Part shown: piece by piece, positions 1-9,497 of the stretch | Layout: the number at the start of each line of letters is the position of its first letter | Position numbering within the stretch: the first letter of the stretch is position 1 | DNA from: a virus | Taxonomy: Duplodnaviria; Caudoviricetes | DNA: 64,000 nt | Direction: 5' to 3' (one strand) | IMG/VR virus record: IMGVR_UViG_3300001528_000407 | Location: 1-64,000 of that record | The notes under the pieces: generated by a model | Told to the model about the DNA's origin: nothing | What the model saw: only the letters and a program-made list of their open reading frames with translations | Databases searched by the model: none | Position numbers and translations under genes: made by a program

Positions 1-737
1 ACCTTACGGTAGCGGTTCCGATAGCCGTAGCTGAAATTCAGATACCAGGCGTTGGCGCCCGAATACTCACAACAAGACCAGTAGCTCGCACGCTGCAACA
101 AGTCTGCTGACTGCTTTCCTGCGTCCTTGATGCGTTGTAGTGCCAGATTGATGGTCTCGAAATGCTGATGAATCAGCAAGAGGTCGCCCATGGTAGGCAG
201 CCACCAGCTGTGCTTGCCTATCTGGCAAATCTTACTGCCCTCCGTGCGCTTGGTCATGTAGTTGTAGCAGTAAGCCACGGCATAGGTGGCAGGATCGTCA
301 TCCTTGAAATAACTGCTAGCCATCACACCTGCCGTGCGAGTCTTGCCATCGAAGGTATTCAAATCCCATGTGGTGCCATAACCTATGCTATCATTTGTCT
401 GCTTACTGCCCCAACTCATCGCTGCGCTAGGCTCCGTCAAGGCTATTCCCAGTCTGTAGCCACCAAACTGTATGACGATAGCATCTGCATCTCCAGAGGA
501 TATACCGATACCCGTTGTCTGCCATGCCTCACATCGCATGTATGAGCCAATGTTAGCGTAGTCATCTCCACTCTGCGTTCCCCAACCATCGTTCTGTATC
601 TTACCGATGTATACTCCATCCTGCAAGGGTCGAAGGTCTTGGTTAAGACACTTTATCATGCTAGCCTTGCTAGCGTTCGTGATGGCTTCGGCATTCTGCG
701 CCAGCCAGTCGCTCATCTTTTTTGTCTTTATTGCCAT
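1..737 (-). CDS. C-type-lectin-fold (DUF1566/Mtd-like) receptor-binding protein, probable DGR target; 3' end runs off the window
   Basis: Hand translation from ATG at 737: MAIKTKKMSDWLAQNAEAI...WWLPTMGDLLLI...YWSCCEYSGANAWYLNFSYGYRNRYRK. Open to the window edge. WxLPT and YWSxxE..AW.L.F..G motifs are typical of CLec DGR targets. Absent from the ORF track because there is no stop in the window. Confidence 0.8.
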   Translation of the reverse strand, partial: MAIKTKKMSDWLAQNAEAITNASKASMIKCLNQDLRPLQDGVYIGKIQNDGWGTQSGDDYANIGSYMRCEAWQTTGIGISSGDADAIVIQFGGYRLGIALTEPSAAMSWGSKQTNDSIGYGTTWDLNTFDGKTRTAGVMASSYFKDDDPATYAVAYCYNYMTKRTEGSKICQIGKHSWWLPTMGDLLLIHQHFETINLALQRIKDAGKQSADLLQRASYWSCCEYSGANAWYLNFSYGYRNRYRK

Positions 738-757
738 AATTGTATTGATTTTTAATT

Positions 758-1771
758 CTAACTTATTCTTACTTTAAGGTTACCTTGACTATCATGATAA
801 ATTTGCCCCTGAGAAACATTATTGCTACCCAGTGGAATGCCATTTGCATCAATGATAGTCTTTCCTGTAGATCCGTTGTGTTCTATTTTGAATGTCCCTA
901 ACGCCAAGCTGGCCGTATTGTTCACCCTGTCGCATTCAATACTCATTATGCCACTTTCTATAGATGAGCGTTCTCTACCAGCTCTATAATCATCAACTAT
1001 AAAAATATTTCCGACAGTAATCCTTGCTAGATCTTCTGTAACCCTTCCGCTTACATAGAAGCTGGAGCTGTTATTGTTTTGAATCGTAAATGAAAATGGT
1101 GTATATCTTCCTTTATAGTATCCACTTGTTGTGTAAACCCCAATACCGTCATCTCCGTTATGCAATTTGACTTCTGCTTTGTCTGTAGATAATGATAATA
1201 GTAACGCTTCTCCATCCTTTCCACCGTAAAGCGTAGATGGTGTCGCAACATCGGTATATTCAAAATGATCATTAGCGAGTTTGTAACTAAGATTCCCGTT
1301 TGTGTAGCATAGTAATCCATTTGTCACTAGTAAATCACCCACGTTGCAATTATTAGAGATGTTTACATTCTCAAACGTTCCAGTCTTACAGGTGATTCCA
1401 TCCTTGTCAGCCCTCAGCAATACATTGCCCTTGCCTTCGCCTTGGTCGGTGATGAGGATGTTATCAACTCCGAGGTTCTTGATGTAAGACTTTTCTGCCA
1501 AGAGGAGCTTCGTTGCGACAAAATCGAAATTACTGGCTATTTTCCAGTGTCCATCGGTAGCCGAAGGGGAAGAGGTAGTGTAGGTCGATGTGCACATGTA
1601 CCATTTTCCATCAAAACAAAGAACGTCTATATACGCCTCGCCGTCACCGCCTTGCATATAGGTGAACGAGCCGGATACCGCCGACTCGTGAGGGCGTATC
1701 GTCGCCCCCTTCTCACCTTTCTCGACCACGGGCACGCTGCCAGTGACCGAGGCTAGTTTCTTTTCGCTCAT
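758..1771 (-). CDS. Putative tail fibre / distal tail protein
   Basis: 337 aa beta-rich ORF in the tail gene block; N-terminal VLCFDGKWYMC...W module typical of tail-fibre linkers; the C-terminal part is visibly more AT-rich. Confidence 0.5.
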   Translation of the reverse strand: MSEKKLASVTGSVPVVEKGEKGATIRPHESAVSGSFTYMQGGDGEAYIDVLCFDGKWYMCTSTYTTSSPSATDGHWKIASNFDFVATKLLLAEKSYIKNLGVDNILITDQGEGKGNVLLRADKDGITCKTGTFENVNISNNCNVGDLLVTNGLLCYTNGNLSYKLANDHFEYTDVATPSTLYGGKDGEALLLSLSTDKAEVKLHNGDDGIGVYTTSGYYKGRYTPFSFTIQNNNSSSFYVSGRVTEDLARITVGNIFIVDDYRAGRERSSIESGIMSIECDRVNNTASLALGTFKIEHNGSTGKTIIDANGIPLGSNNVSQGQIYHDSQGNLKVRIS

Positions 1772-1783
1772 AAGCCATCTGTT

Positions 1784-2863
1784 TTAAGTCGTTGTCTGTA
1801 ATACGTAGACCAGCCCATTGTGGTCTGAGATAGTCTTTGCCGGGATGGAGATTTCCGTCTGCTTGGTGAACGAGACGACGGAGTTTCCGGCGTTGTCGTA
1901 CCAATACATATCGAAGGTGATACCTGTCTCTGCCGTCGTGCTGCCACGCTTATAGAGTTTTGGCAGATACACCAGGTTGCCCGTCTCGCTTCTTCTCACA
2001 GTCTCGGCTCTGAGGGTGTACGTTCCGTCGCCGTTTTTCGTGCAGCAGTTGGGCACAAGCAGGTATGGGTCCGACACATCGTTGATGGTCTGCACGTCCA
2101 TGCCATACAGGCTGTTGCCATTATACACCTCCAGCTTTACGAGGGTGGATGAGTTTACATCTGCCTCGTTCACGGCAAACTGCTTGTTCGAACCGTCTTG
2201 CTTGATAGACCATCCACCCTCGCTGTCTGGCAAATACCACTTGTAGGTATAGGCAGCCGATGACACGGAGTCGCCGCTTATAACCATCGCAGCCACCGTA
2301 CACTTTCCGCCCTTTTCCTTGATGGTGAAGAGGTCGGTGCTGCTGGTTGCCACAATGCTCACCTTCTTGGTGTTCTCTGTTCCAATGGCGATCGATGCCA
2401 TGGTCGAAGCCTTCAGATCTACGGATGTATTGTCCACGGAGATGGATGTGATGCACATTACCGGGAACGAGTTGCCAAGGTTCACCCCGATGAGGTTCTT
2501 TACTATCTTCAGGGCAGGGTTGCCGTCACTCGTGGTCTGTACGAAATGTCCGGAAACACCACCGAATTTCGTAGTGGATGCTCCCGATGCATCGAATGAG
2601 AGTTGCGTGGCTCCTACGAACCATTTTGCCGTTGCGCCAGCTAGATTGTAAGATGCACCCGTCCCCTCTTGCGCACTGAATGCCTGAAACACCAGCATGG
2701 GCTTGTAGCTCGTCTGCTCGAAGTTAGGGGTGATGTTCGAAGGACTGTTGTAGTCGCCTTCGTAAGCTTGGTATAGGTCGCCTATCGTACACTGCAACAT
2801 GGTGTGAAAGGTAGTTCCGTCGCTTACGACGGTTACTTGACCTGTTTGTACTGCCTTACTCAT
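1784..2863 (-). CDS. Putative tail/baseplate structural protein (Ig-like beta-rich)
   Basis: 359 aa ORF, S/T/G-rich beta strands, YTYKWY Ig-like motif, tightly packed in the tail block. Confidence 0.5.
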   Translation of the reverse strand: MSKAVQTGQVTVVSDGTTFHTMLQCTIGDLYQAYEGDYNSPSNITPNFEQTSYKPMLVFQAFSAQEGTGASYNLAGATAKWFVGATQLSFDASGASTTKFGGVSGHFVQTTSDGNPALKIVKNLIGVNLGNSFPVMCITSISVDNTSVDLKASTMASIAIGTENTKKVSIVATSSTDLFTIKEKGGKCTVAAMVISGDSVSSAAYTYKWYLPDSEGGWSIKQDGSNKQFAVNEADVNSSTLVKLEVYNGNSLYGMDVQTINDVSDPYLLVPNCCTKNGDGTYTLRAETVRRSETGNLVYLPKLYKRGSTTAETGITFDMYWYDNAGNSVVSFTKQTEISIPAKTISDHNGLVYVLQTTT

Positions 2864-3236
2864 CGCTCACATCCTCCTCTTGTTTAGTCTCTTGCTCCAC
2901 GCTAGGCACTTTCACGTCCTGCGTGTAGTCGAGATTGCGTTCGTTACTCTTGTTTTCTGAAAAGTCCGAGCCTCTCGTGTCGCCCTCGCCACCGTACGCC
3001 ACAGGCGTGTAGCAATAAGCGGGTGAATCGCACCCCTGGATCTCGTCGCTAGCCTGCTGCTCGGTAAGCAGCGCACCGCCAACCGTTTTGCAACGCTCCG
3101 AGAGATTGATACCTTCCACTTCATTCAGCTCAGACTGCCATAAGAGACAGTTGTCGTCTTTCGTCTTTGTAGGCTTTACGCCCGCCGGGAGCAGCTCCGA
3201 AGCCACCTCCTTTGTTACCTTGATATAATATCCCAT
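2856..3236 (-). CDS. Hypothetical phage protein (tail block)
   Basis: 126 aa ORF overlapping the start of the next gene by 8 bp. Confidence 0.55.
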   Translation of the reverse strand: MGYYIKVTKEVASELLPAGVKPTKTKDDNCLLWQSELNEVEGINLSERCKTVGGALLTEQQASDEIQGCDSPAYCYTPVAYGGEGDTRGSDFSENKSNERNLDYTQDVKVPSVEQETKQEEDVSDE

Positions 3237-3245
3237 AACTATTTA

Positions 3246-4475
3246 TTAATTGATTAAAGCGCGTTCTACCAATATATTTCCATCATCGTCTGTCAGATAG
3301 TTGCCGTCGTCATCGACGATGGCGAGATAATTCTCCCTATCGATGAGGGTGAGACGAAGGAACTTGTATTGCTCCACAGGCACCCACATCTTGTTGCCGT
3401 AGCCGATGAGCGTGGCGTTTTCCGTTACCTCGCCCTTGGCATTGATGGTTTTCGTGATAAATTCCCACTTGCATTTGATGATTTCCTTCCATGTGCCCTC
3501 GGGAATAGCTCCCTGGTTGTCGCTCACCATCGCCGAGCACTGTACCTGATACACACCGCTCGCCACTCTCGTCGTAGCCCCCAGATAGCTAGCCGTGAGC
3601 GCAGGGATGAGTCTCGTGATGGTGGTCGTGGCCCTGGCATCCGTATTTTGATAGGATGCGGGGAGCGAGCCTTCTGCCTTGTACACCGCATAAACCTCGT
3701 AAGAGATACTGTCGCCGATGAGGTTCCTGTCGATGGTGATACTGGAGATCTGTCCGTTCTTGCCCTTGGCGATGCTGGTTATCTCGATGCTGCCGTCGGT
3801 ATCGCCGTCGGTAATTGTCTGCTTGCTGCCGTCATCGAGCACACGCACCCACCAAATCTTGCACTTGGCATCATCCGTCACCACCTTCTTTCCGCACACC
3901 ACGGTGGCGGTGATGGTTTGCGCCGCATCCTGTCTCAGTGGGTTCCATGGGCAAGACGTAGGGGAGTCGAGTGCTATCTCTGGTCTTGCCGTGGTGGCAT
4001 CCTCTACGCCAAGCGGTTTCGTATCCTCGAAGCGATACACATAACCGCTCAGAGGGTCTTTCCAGATGCCGATGAATTTCATCGTTCTCCTCGTGCCCAC
4101 CTTGCCGTTGCTCTTGACGTAGAGCATACCCTTGTATATGCCGTCCTTGTCTACGTCGTAGCCGGCGAGTACTCCTCCGTTTAAGTCAACGGGGAAGACC
4201 ACCTTCTCGCCGCTCGATGTCACCTCAAACCATTGAAAAGAATTGAGCCGGGAATTGAAAGTCTCCGTGGCCGTTGGGGTGTCCGGGTCGATGAGGAAAC
4301 ATCTTGGGAACAGCTGGCAAGGTCGAGTTTCGTAGTTTGGCTCAAACTCACCTGTAGCGGCATCGTAAGCTTGCCTGTTGGCGATGTTGCCAAGCACCTC
4401 GATGTTCACGCTCTGCGAATAATTCGTGGCTTGCACCGAGAAATCTTGCGGATTGCTTTTTGCTAGTTCTTTCAT
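3246..4475 (-). CDS. Putative tail structural protein
   Basis: 409 aa ORF, 3 bp from the upstream gene, in the tail block. Confidence 0.55.
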   Translation of the reverse strand: MKELAKSNPQDFSVQATNYSQSVNIEVLGNIANRQAYDAATGEFEPNYETRPCQLFPRCFLIDPDTPTATETFNSRLNSFQWFEVTSSGEKVVFPVDLNGGVLAGYDVDKDGIYKGMLYVKSNGKVGTRRTMKFIGIWKDPLSGYVYRFEDTKPLGVEDATTARPEIALDSPTSCPWNPLRQDAAQTITATVVCGKKVVTDDAKCKIWWVRVLDDGSKQTITDGDTDGSIEITSIAKGKNGQISSITIDRNLIGDSISYEVYAVYKAEGSLPASYQNTDARATTTITRLIPALTASYLGATTRVASGVYQVQCSAMVSDNQGAIPEGTWKEIIKCKWEFITKTINAKGEVTENATLIGYGNKMWVPVEQYKFLRLTLIDRENYLAIVDDDGNYLTDDDGNILVERALIN

Positions 4476-4478
4476 GCT

Positions 4479-6548
4479 TTATATTTTTTTAGAGTCGTTG
4501 TCTGTCAGCAAGGTCTCTCCGTCTCTCATCTCGGCAGATACCTTGAAGGTTACGGTTCCCATCCTGTAGTCTGTGCCTCCGAGGTCTTCGTAGGTCAAGT
4601 CGATGGACGTTCCGGCGTTGGCGTGCGCCATTGCCCACTCATTATCCTTGGCGGCGTTGCCGGTGTCTCGCGTCCAGGTGATGTTGAACATTGAATTTGT
4701 CACATCCTGGTTGTAGAGCCATCCCTTCACATACAGGGTGGTGAACGGAACGAAGTTATTATCGCTGTCTCGTTTCATAATCTGGCTTGCCCTGAAGGTC
4801 CAGTAGTTGCTGGAGAGCATCTCCAGCTGGAAGAACGGATTGCCCTCCACGAAAGCCCATGCAGTGGATGAGTAGGTAGGTGGCTTGGTGGTCTTGTCTT
4901 CCAGGCACTGCCACTTGCAGCCGAGATAATAGACGGTGTCCACGGTGTTGTCGCCGTTGCGGTATGGGCTGTCGCCCTTTGCCACGCCCTCGCTCCAGGC
5001 ACCTCTGTCTCTTGTGGTGATGATGGGGTTGCCCTGGTAGTCTATCGTCTGGAAGGTCTGCGCCATCATCCACTTGGCGTAGAAGGCTCCGTCCCGCTTG
5101 TTGGCGGTAGGAAAATCCTTGAAGACAAACTGGAGGGCATCTGGCAACTTGCCCATGGCGAGCGAATAGTTAGATTTGTCGATGATAGGCTTCGTCACAT
5201 GATCGAGCCATACCAACAGGCCATCGCTCGACGAGATGTACCAGCAGCTCTGCCTGTCCTCGTCTACGGCGTTGCCCCATCTGATGAGTCTTGCGAGCTC
5301 GGTTGGTGGATAGTTCTTGCCCGACGGCACCTCGCTGTCAGGGTAGCATACCACATCGATGGTGTTGGCTACGGTGTTCACCGAAAGCACCCGGAACCAC
5401 ATGTCGTAGTATTCGCCACCGCTCGAAAGCGTGTTGATGGATGCCAGTACCACGTCGTTCTCCTTGAAAGCGGTAAAGTCGTTCTCCCACCGCTTCTGAA
5501 GCTTCAGCTTGTAGGTGGTGTTGCCGTCGTCGCTCGTGGATGCCATCTCCCTCACGGTCTCCACCAGTCCACTCTCGGTGAACACGAAGTTGCTCTCCAT
5601 CGCCGTTTGTCGGTTCGTGATGAGTTCCTTGGCTATGATGGAGCTGCGGGATGTAAGACTCTCCACCTCGGCATTGCCACGCTCATCGATGCGAGCACCG
5701 GAACCAAAAAGCATGCCTTGCACGAAATCACCAAAGGTGGCACCTTTTGTGAGGCTTGCAAGCTCTTTCGATGTTAACCCTTTTAGGAAGGTTATCAATC
5801 CTTGGGCTACATCATCCTTATCTTTTGCCAGGAAATGTTTTACGCCAAACTGACCTAGATATTGAGGCGTGACGATCTTATCAGTACTCGTCTCGATAGT
5901 ATTTTCTTCAGCAATACCATTTAATTCCTTGCCCCCAAGAATAAGCTTGGTGATATTTGCTACTTTTGCAGATAAAGTGTCAAAAGTAGCTTTCAAGATT
6001 GTCTTTAGAAAAGTAATAGAATCGCTAACCGAATTGTACTGCCACCAACTACCTTCTCCTCCGCTCGCCAATGCCTCGTCGGTGGCAAGGGAGCCACAAT
6101 CGAATTTCTGCTTCCAGTCTCGGCTACGATTTCCGCTTTCGTCGGCCTCCACCTCTCCGATGATACCTTGAAGAAAGATATAATAGAAATTCTCATCGCC
6201 TAGCTGCTTCGGGTTATCCTCGATAGTCTTACCATAGATGTCTATTCGCTGACTAGGAAAAGAGATGATGGCTACATCGTTATCCGATGTGCGCTTGCGA
6301 GGGATGGCAGCATAGACGTATTTGGCGTTGTTGTCCGGAAACTCGGAAGGGTAGGCGGCTAACGTCCAACGCTGGTAGTTGTGTCCGGCATCATAGCCCA
6401 AACCCTCTATGCCCTGCATATAACAGAGGATAGAGGCTCCGCTAATCGCACTCGCCTGAATGCGGTTAGGCTCACCGGTTGCGTTGAGCTGAATATAGAG
6501 CGCATTGCTCGCAATCCAATAGTTTGTTGTTTTAGCTTCTGTTGCCAT
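4479..6548 (-). CDS. Putative tail/baseplate protein
   Basis: 689 aa ORF directly downstream of an extended promoter; contains a RDRGAW...VYYLGCKWQCLED repeat-like module seen in tail proteins. Confidence 0.6.
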   Translation of the reverse strand: MATEAKTTNYWIASNALYIQLNATGEPNRIQASAISGASILCYMQGIEGLGYDAGHNYQRWTLAAYPSEFPDNNAKYVYAAIPRKRTSDNDVAIISFPSQRIDIYGKTIEDNPKQLGDENFYYIFLQGIIGEVEADESGNRSRDWKQKFDCGSLATDEALASGGEGSWWQYNSVSDSITFLKTILKATFDTLSAKVANITKLILGGKELNGIAEENTIETSTDKIVTPQYLGQFGVKHFLAKDKDDVAQGLITFLKGLTSKELASLTKGATFGDFVQGMLFGSGARIDERGNAEVESLTSRSSIIAKELITNRQTAMESNFVFTESGLVETVREMASTSDDGNTTYKLKLQKRWENDFTAFKENDVVLASINTLSSGGEYYDMWFRVLSVNTVANTIDVVCYPDSEVPSGKNYPPTELARLIRWGNAVDEDRQSCWYISSSDGLLVWLDHVTKPIIDKSNYSLAMGKLPDALQFVFKDFPTANKRDGAFYAKWMMAQTFQTIDYQGNPIITTRDRGAWSEGVAKGDSPYRNGDNTVDTVYYLGCKWQCLEDKTTKPPTYSSTAWAFVEGNPFFQLEMLSSNYWTFRASQIMKRDSDNNFVPFTTLYVKGWLYNQDVTNSMFNITWTRDTGNAAKDNEWAMAHANAGTSIDLTYEDLGGTDYRMGTVTFKVSAEMRDGETLLTDNDSKKI

Positions 6549-6593
6549 GATCTCTTTCTTCTCCTTGTTTCTTTTCGTTTTTAATTTCTATGA

Positions 6594-6632
6594 TGCAAAG
6601 TTAAGGAAAAAGATTTTTTCGGTTGGGACAAA
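6594..6632 (-). promoter_or_regulatory. Extended promoter TTTGTCCC-N21-TAACTTTGCA (copy 1)
   Basis: Reverse complement reads TTTGTCCC AACCGAAAAAATCTTTTTCCT TAACTTTGCA; contains the Bacteroidetes -7 box TAnnTTTG; about 45 bp upstream of the 6548 start. Confidence 0.75.
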
Positions 6633-6636
6633 CATA

Positions 6637-6678
6637 AAAACGCCCGAACGATTTTTCTCTTAATCGTTCGAACGTTTT
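6637..6678 (-). terminator. Stem-loop, probable terminator of the upstream tail operon
   Basis: AAAACG.CCGAACGATT / AATCGTTCGAACGTTTT inverted repeat followed by a T-run on the minus strand. Confidence 0.55.
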
Positions 6679-6683
6679 TATAG

Positions 6684-6764
6684 AATCGGTTAGCTAATTT
6701 CATCAAATCGGTTAGCCAATTTCATCAAATCGGTTAGCCAATTTTATCTAATCGGCCGACCAAT
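6684..6764. repeat. 22-bp tandem repeat, 3 full copies plus 1 degenerate
   Basis: AATCGGTTAGC(T/C)AATTT(C/T)ATC(A/T) at 6684, 6706 and 6728; degenerate copy at 6750. Confidence 0.9.
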
Positions 6765-6771
6765 ATAAAAA

Positions 6772-7827
6772 TCACAAGATAGGCGAACCATATATATCCA
6801 GCTTCGCACTAAACGATACAGAATACATATTAGTATTGGTTCTATCTCTCATCGTAATTTCTTCTTCTGCCGTGATAGTGCAAGGAATCCAGTTGTCTTT
6901 TACGTCGAGCCACACGTGCTCGCTCATCAAGAACTCATGCAGGTACCAGCGCAACCAATCCTCATCCAGAGGGTCGGTGATGAATTGCCATACCTCACGA
7001 TCATTCTTCTTGCTCACTGCCGAGCGAGAGAAACTATTAAAAGTTTCCAACTTAGTTACTGTATAGTTTTCGCTCTGGATGGAAAGTTTCTCGCTGTAGG
7101 CTCTCGGCACATTGATGCTCTCCAACACACCAAAGGAATTGATGAAACGGAAATTCATGCGGTCGGACGCTTGCGATTGTGGGATGGCATACAATGGCTG
7201 CCCACCGATGGTTTGCAAGCCTTCCTTGGCGATAGTCCCTATCTTTGATGTTGGCGCAACGAGACTGCTGCTTGCCGATAAGGTTTGAGGAGTAGCGTAA
7301 GCAGGGGTATAGGCATACGTATCGCCTATCACAACCACCTGTGGTGAGGATGTAGGCTTACGAGATAAGCTGGTTACGGATTTGGTTACGCCCGATGTCA
7401 TACGCTCTATATCCGAGAATGCACCTACGATACAGCGCAAGTTGGTAGCTCCACCTGTGCTTGCGTCCGGCTTCTGTGGGTAATATTGCTCGCCTACGTT
7501 GGTATGCACCTCGCCATTGCTATCCATGTACTCATCGTATGCCCTTATGAACCATTTCACCATCGGATAGGTTGCCGCATTCGATGTATATTCGTAATCC
7601 TCCAAAGGCACACGCAAAGCAGACGATACGTCCAACTCTACATTGTTGCCCTCCTTGGTGACAGGCACATTGAGCTGGATAGTCTCGTAATTGCCATTGC
7701 TCTCATACGACACCTCTACGATTACACGATGAAAGGATGGGTTATTGTATTGCTCTGGCTGTATAGTGAACGTGATAGGGTTGCCAGCCAAGATAGAACC
7801 CGACGTTAGATTGATTTTCTTTGCCAT
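6772..7827 (-). CDS. Putative minor tail protein
   Basis: 351 aa ORF; C-terminal RFINSFGVLES...WLHEFLMSEHVW resembles siphovirus distal-tail-type proteins; assignment relies on context. Confidence 0.5.
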   Translation of the reverse strand: MAKKINLTSGSILAGNPITFTIQPEQYNNPSFHRVIVEVSYESNGNYETIQLNVPVTKEGNNVELDVSSALRVPLEDYEYTSNAATYPMVKWFIRAYDEYMDSNGEVHTNVGEQYYPQKPDASTGGATNLRCIVGAFSDIERMTSGVTKSVTSLSRKPTSSPQVVVIGDTYAYTPAYATPQTLSASSSLVAPTSKIGTIAKEGLQTIGGQPLYAIPQSQASDRMNFRFINSFGVLESINVPRAYSEKLSIQSENYTVTKLETFNSFSRSAVSKKNDREVWQFITDPLDEDWLRWYLHEFLMSEHVWLDVKDNWIPCTITAEEEITMRDRTNTNMYSVSFSAKLDIYGSPIL

Positions 7828-7905
7828 AGCGATTTTATCAATGTTAAGTGTTAAATGTTAAGTGTTAAGTTTGGTGGTTCCGATAAAAACCTGATAGGGC
7901 GAGTA

Positions 7906-8160
7906 TCAGATTTTATCGGATAGTTTGCTTTCCACCAATTTCTCAAAATCCGATACCAAGACACAAGCCGAAGCCTCTTCGGGCTTAATCTTAATATTAA
8001 ACATCGTTTCCGTCTGAAGTATCATATCCAGGTAGTCGATAGACTCCAGCCCGATGTCCTCTCGTAGGTTAGAGCTATCTTCTATCTCTGTATCGTTGGT
8101 AGGCGATTTCAAACCCTCGATAATAGTATGTAGCCTTGCCTTGATTTCTTCCTTTTCCAT
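7906..8160 (-). CDS. acpP: Acyl carrier protein
   Basis: 84-88 aa acidic helical protein with LREDIGLESIDYLDM...ETMFNIKI, the phosphopantetheine-Ser motif (canonical DLGxDSLD); alternative start at 8172. Confidence 0.85.
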   Translation of the reverse strand: MEKEEIKARLHTIIEGLKSPTNDTEIEDSSNLREDIGLESIDYLDMILQTETMFNIKIKPEEASACVLVSDFEKLVESKLSDKI

Positions 8161-8238
8161 AACTTGTTTCATTGCTTGTTTTGTAACTTATTTCACAACT
8201 CGTTTCATAACTTGATAAGTTCTTGCCTTGATAAGAAT

Positions 8239-9480
8239 TTATTCCGATTCATTATTCTCTACTCTCGAAACGACAAACGATGCGTTCGTACCTCCAAAGC
8301 CAAATGAATTGCAAAGAATATTGTGGGCTGCATATTCTTTGGTTTTCATCACGAGGTTCAGCTTAGGAAAAGCACTCTCTTGTGTACCGACGCAACCAGG
8401 CAAGAATTCATTTCTAAGCATGATAGTAGCTTGCACAGCTTGCGATACGCCTGCCATCCAACACTCGTGTCCGGTCATTCCCTTGGTAGCTACGATATGA
8501 GGGCAAAGAGTGAAAGTATCGCCGATAGCCCTTGCTTCTGCTTCATCGCCAAGGATGGTACCTGTGGCATGGGCAAGCACAACATCTATAAAACCTTCAT
8601 CCAACTCTGCATTGTCGATAGCCTTAATCATAGAGGCGGATTCTTGATAGGCGAAGGGAGTGCTGATACCTTTCGTTCCATTGGAAGAGAAGCCGTAGCC
8701 CGATAATTCTGCCAAAGGCGCATAGTCTTTTTGTTCTTCGGATATTCGCTCACGATAATTAGCTTCTGGCTCCAGGAGGATGCAAGCCGCACCTCCCGAA
8801 GGCGCAAGCCCGCTACGATGCTTGCCAAAAGGCTGCACCTTGTCTTCAGTAAATACACCGAGCGCATCGAAAGACTGCATGGATGCCACACCGCTTTCTT
8901 GTGCGCCCACTACGATAACCATTTCTGTTTGTTGGGTATCGAGAAGCATCTTCGCCAAACCGATGGCATGACCGCCTCCTGCGCAAGCTGCACTCACGGT
9001 AAGCGACAAACCGTGTATGCCAAGAATAGAAGCGAGATTCATACTTACTGTAGAATTGAGTGAACGGAAGACGGCTCCTGCCCCCAAATAACGAGTATCG
9101 TTCTTCTGTTGCATCTTTATGCCCGTTTGCATCACAGCTCCAGCAGTGGAGTCATTGCTAACGATGAGCGATACATGATGATCGTGCAAAAAATCATCTG
9201 TTACTTTCGCTTCGGCGATGGCTTGCTTCACTGTGCTGAGTGCATATTGCCCAGGCTGGGAAATACACTGGCGTTGTGCCCTTGTCAGCTCTTGGATTAC
9301 AGCCATAGATACCATAGGCACATCGCCACATAGGTCAGACTGATAGCCATGCGCCTTTCGTTGGCTATCGTGATGTAAGCCGCACTTGCCATCATGTAAG
9401 GCTTCTGCGAAATCGGGTACGTTGGTGGCAAGGCATGAATGTATGCCCAAGCCAGTAATCAATATTCTATCTTTTTTCAT
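8239..9480 (-). CDS. Beta-ketoacyl-ACP synthase (FabB/FabF-like, KAS I/II family)
   Basis: Start re-assigned to ATG 9480 (MKKDRILITGLG). Catalytic triad intact: SAACAGG (Cys), HATGT (His), KGMTGH (His); C-terminal NSFGFGGTNAS. Confidence 0.92.
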   Translation of the reverse strand: MKKDRILITGLGIHSCLATNVPDFAEALHDGKCGLHHDSQRKAHGYQSDLCGDVPMVSMAVIQELTRAQRQCISQPGQYALSTVKQAIAEAKVTDDFLHDHHVSLIVSNDSTAGAVMQTGIKMQQKNDTRYLGAGAVFRSLNSTVSMNLASILGIHGLSLTVSAACAGGGHAIGLAKMLLDTQQTEMVIVVGAQESGVASMQSFDALGVFTEDKVQPFGKHRSGLAPSGGAACILLEPEANYRERISEEQKDYAPLAELSGYGFSSNGTKGISTPFAYQESASMIKAIDNAELDEGFIDVVLAHATGTILGDEAEARAIGDTFTLCPHIVATKGMTGHECWMAGVSQAVQATIMLRNEFLPGCVGTQESAFPKLNLVMKTKEYAAHNILCNSFGFGGTNASFVVSRVENNESE

Positions 9481-9497
9481 TGTCTCTGATATTTTTT

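Noticed and set aside
162-545. 127-aa + strand ORF
   Set aside because: It is an antisense shadow of the - strand CLec gene (1-737).
7840-7870. Heptamer-type repeats (TGTTAAG; also at 30560, 51130, 55270) and 9-12 bp stutters at 8160-8215, 52286 and 57990
   Set aside because: Short degenerate intergenic repeats with no evidence of specific function.
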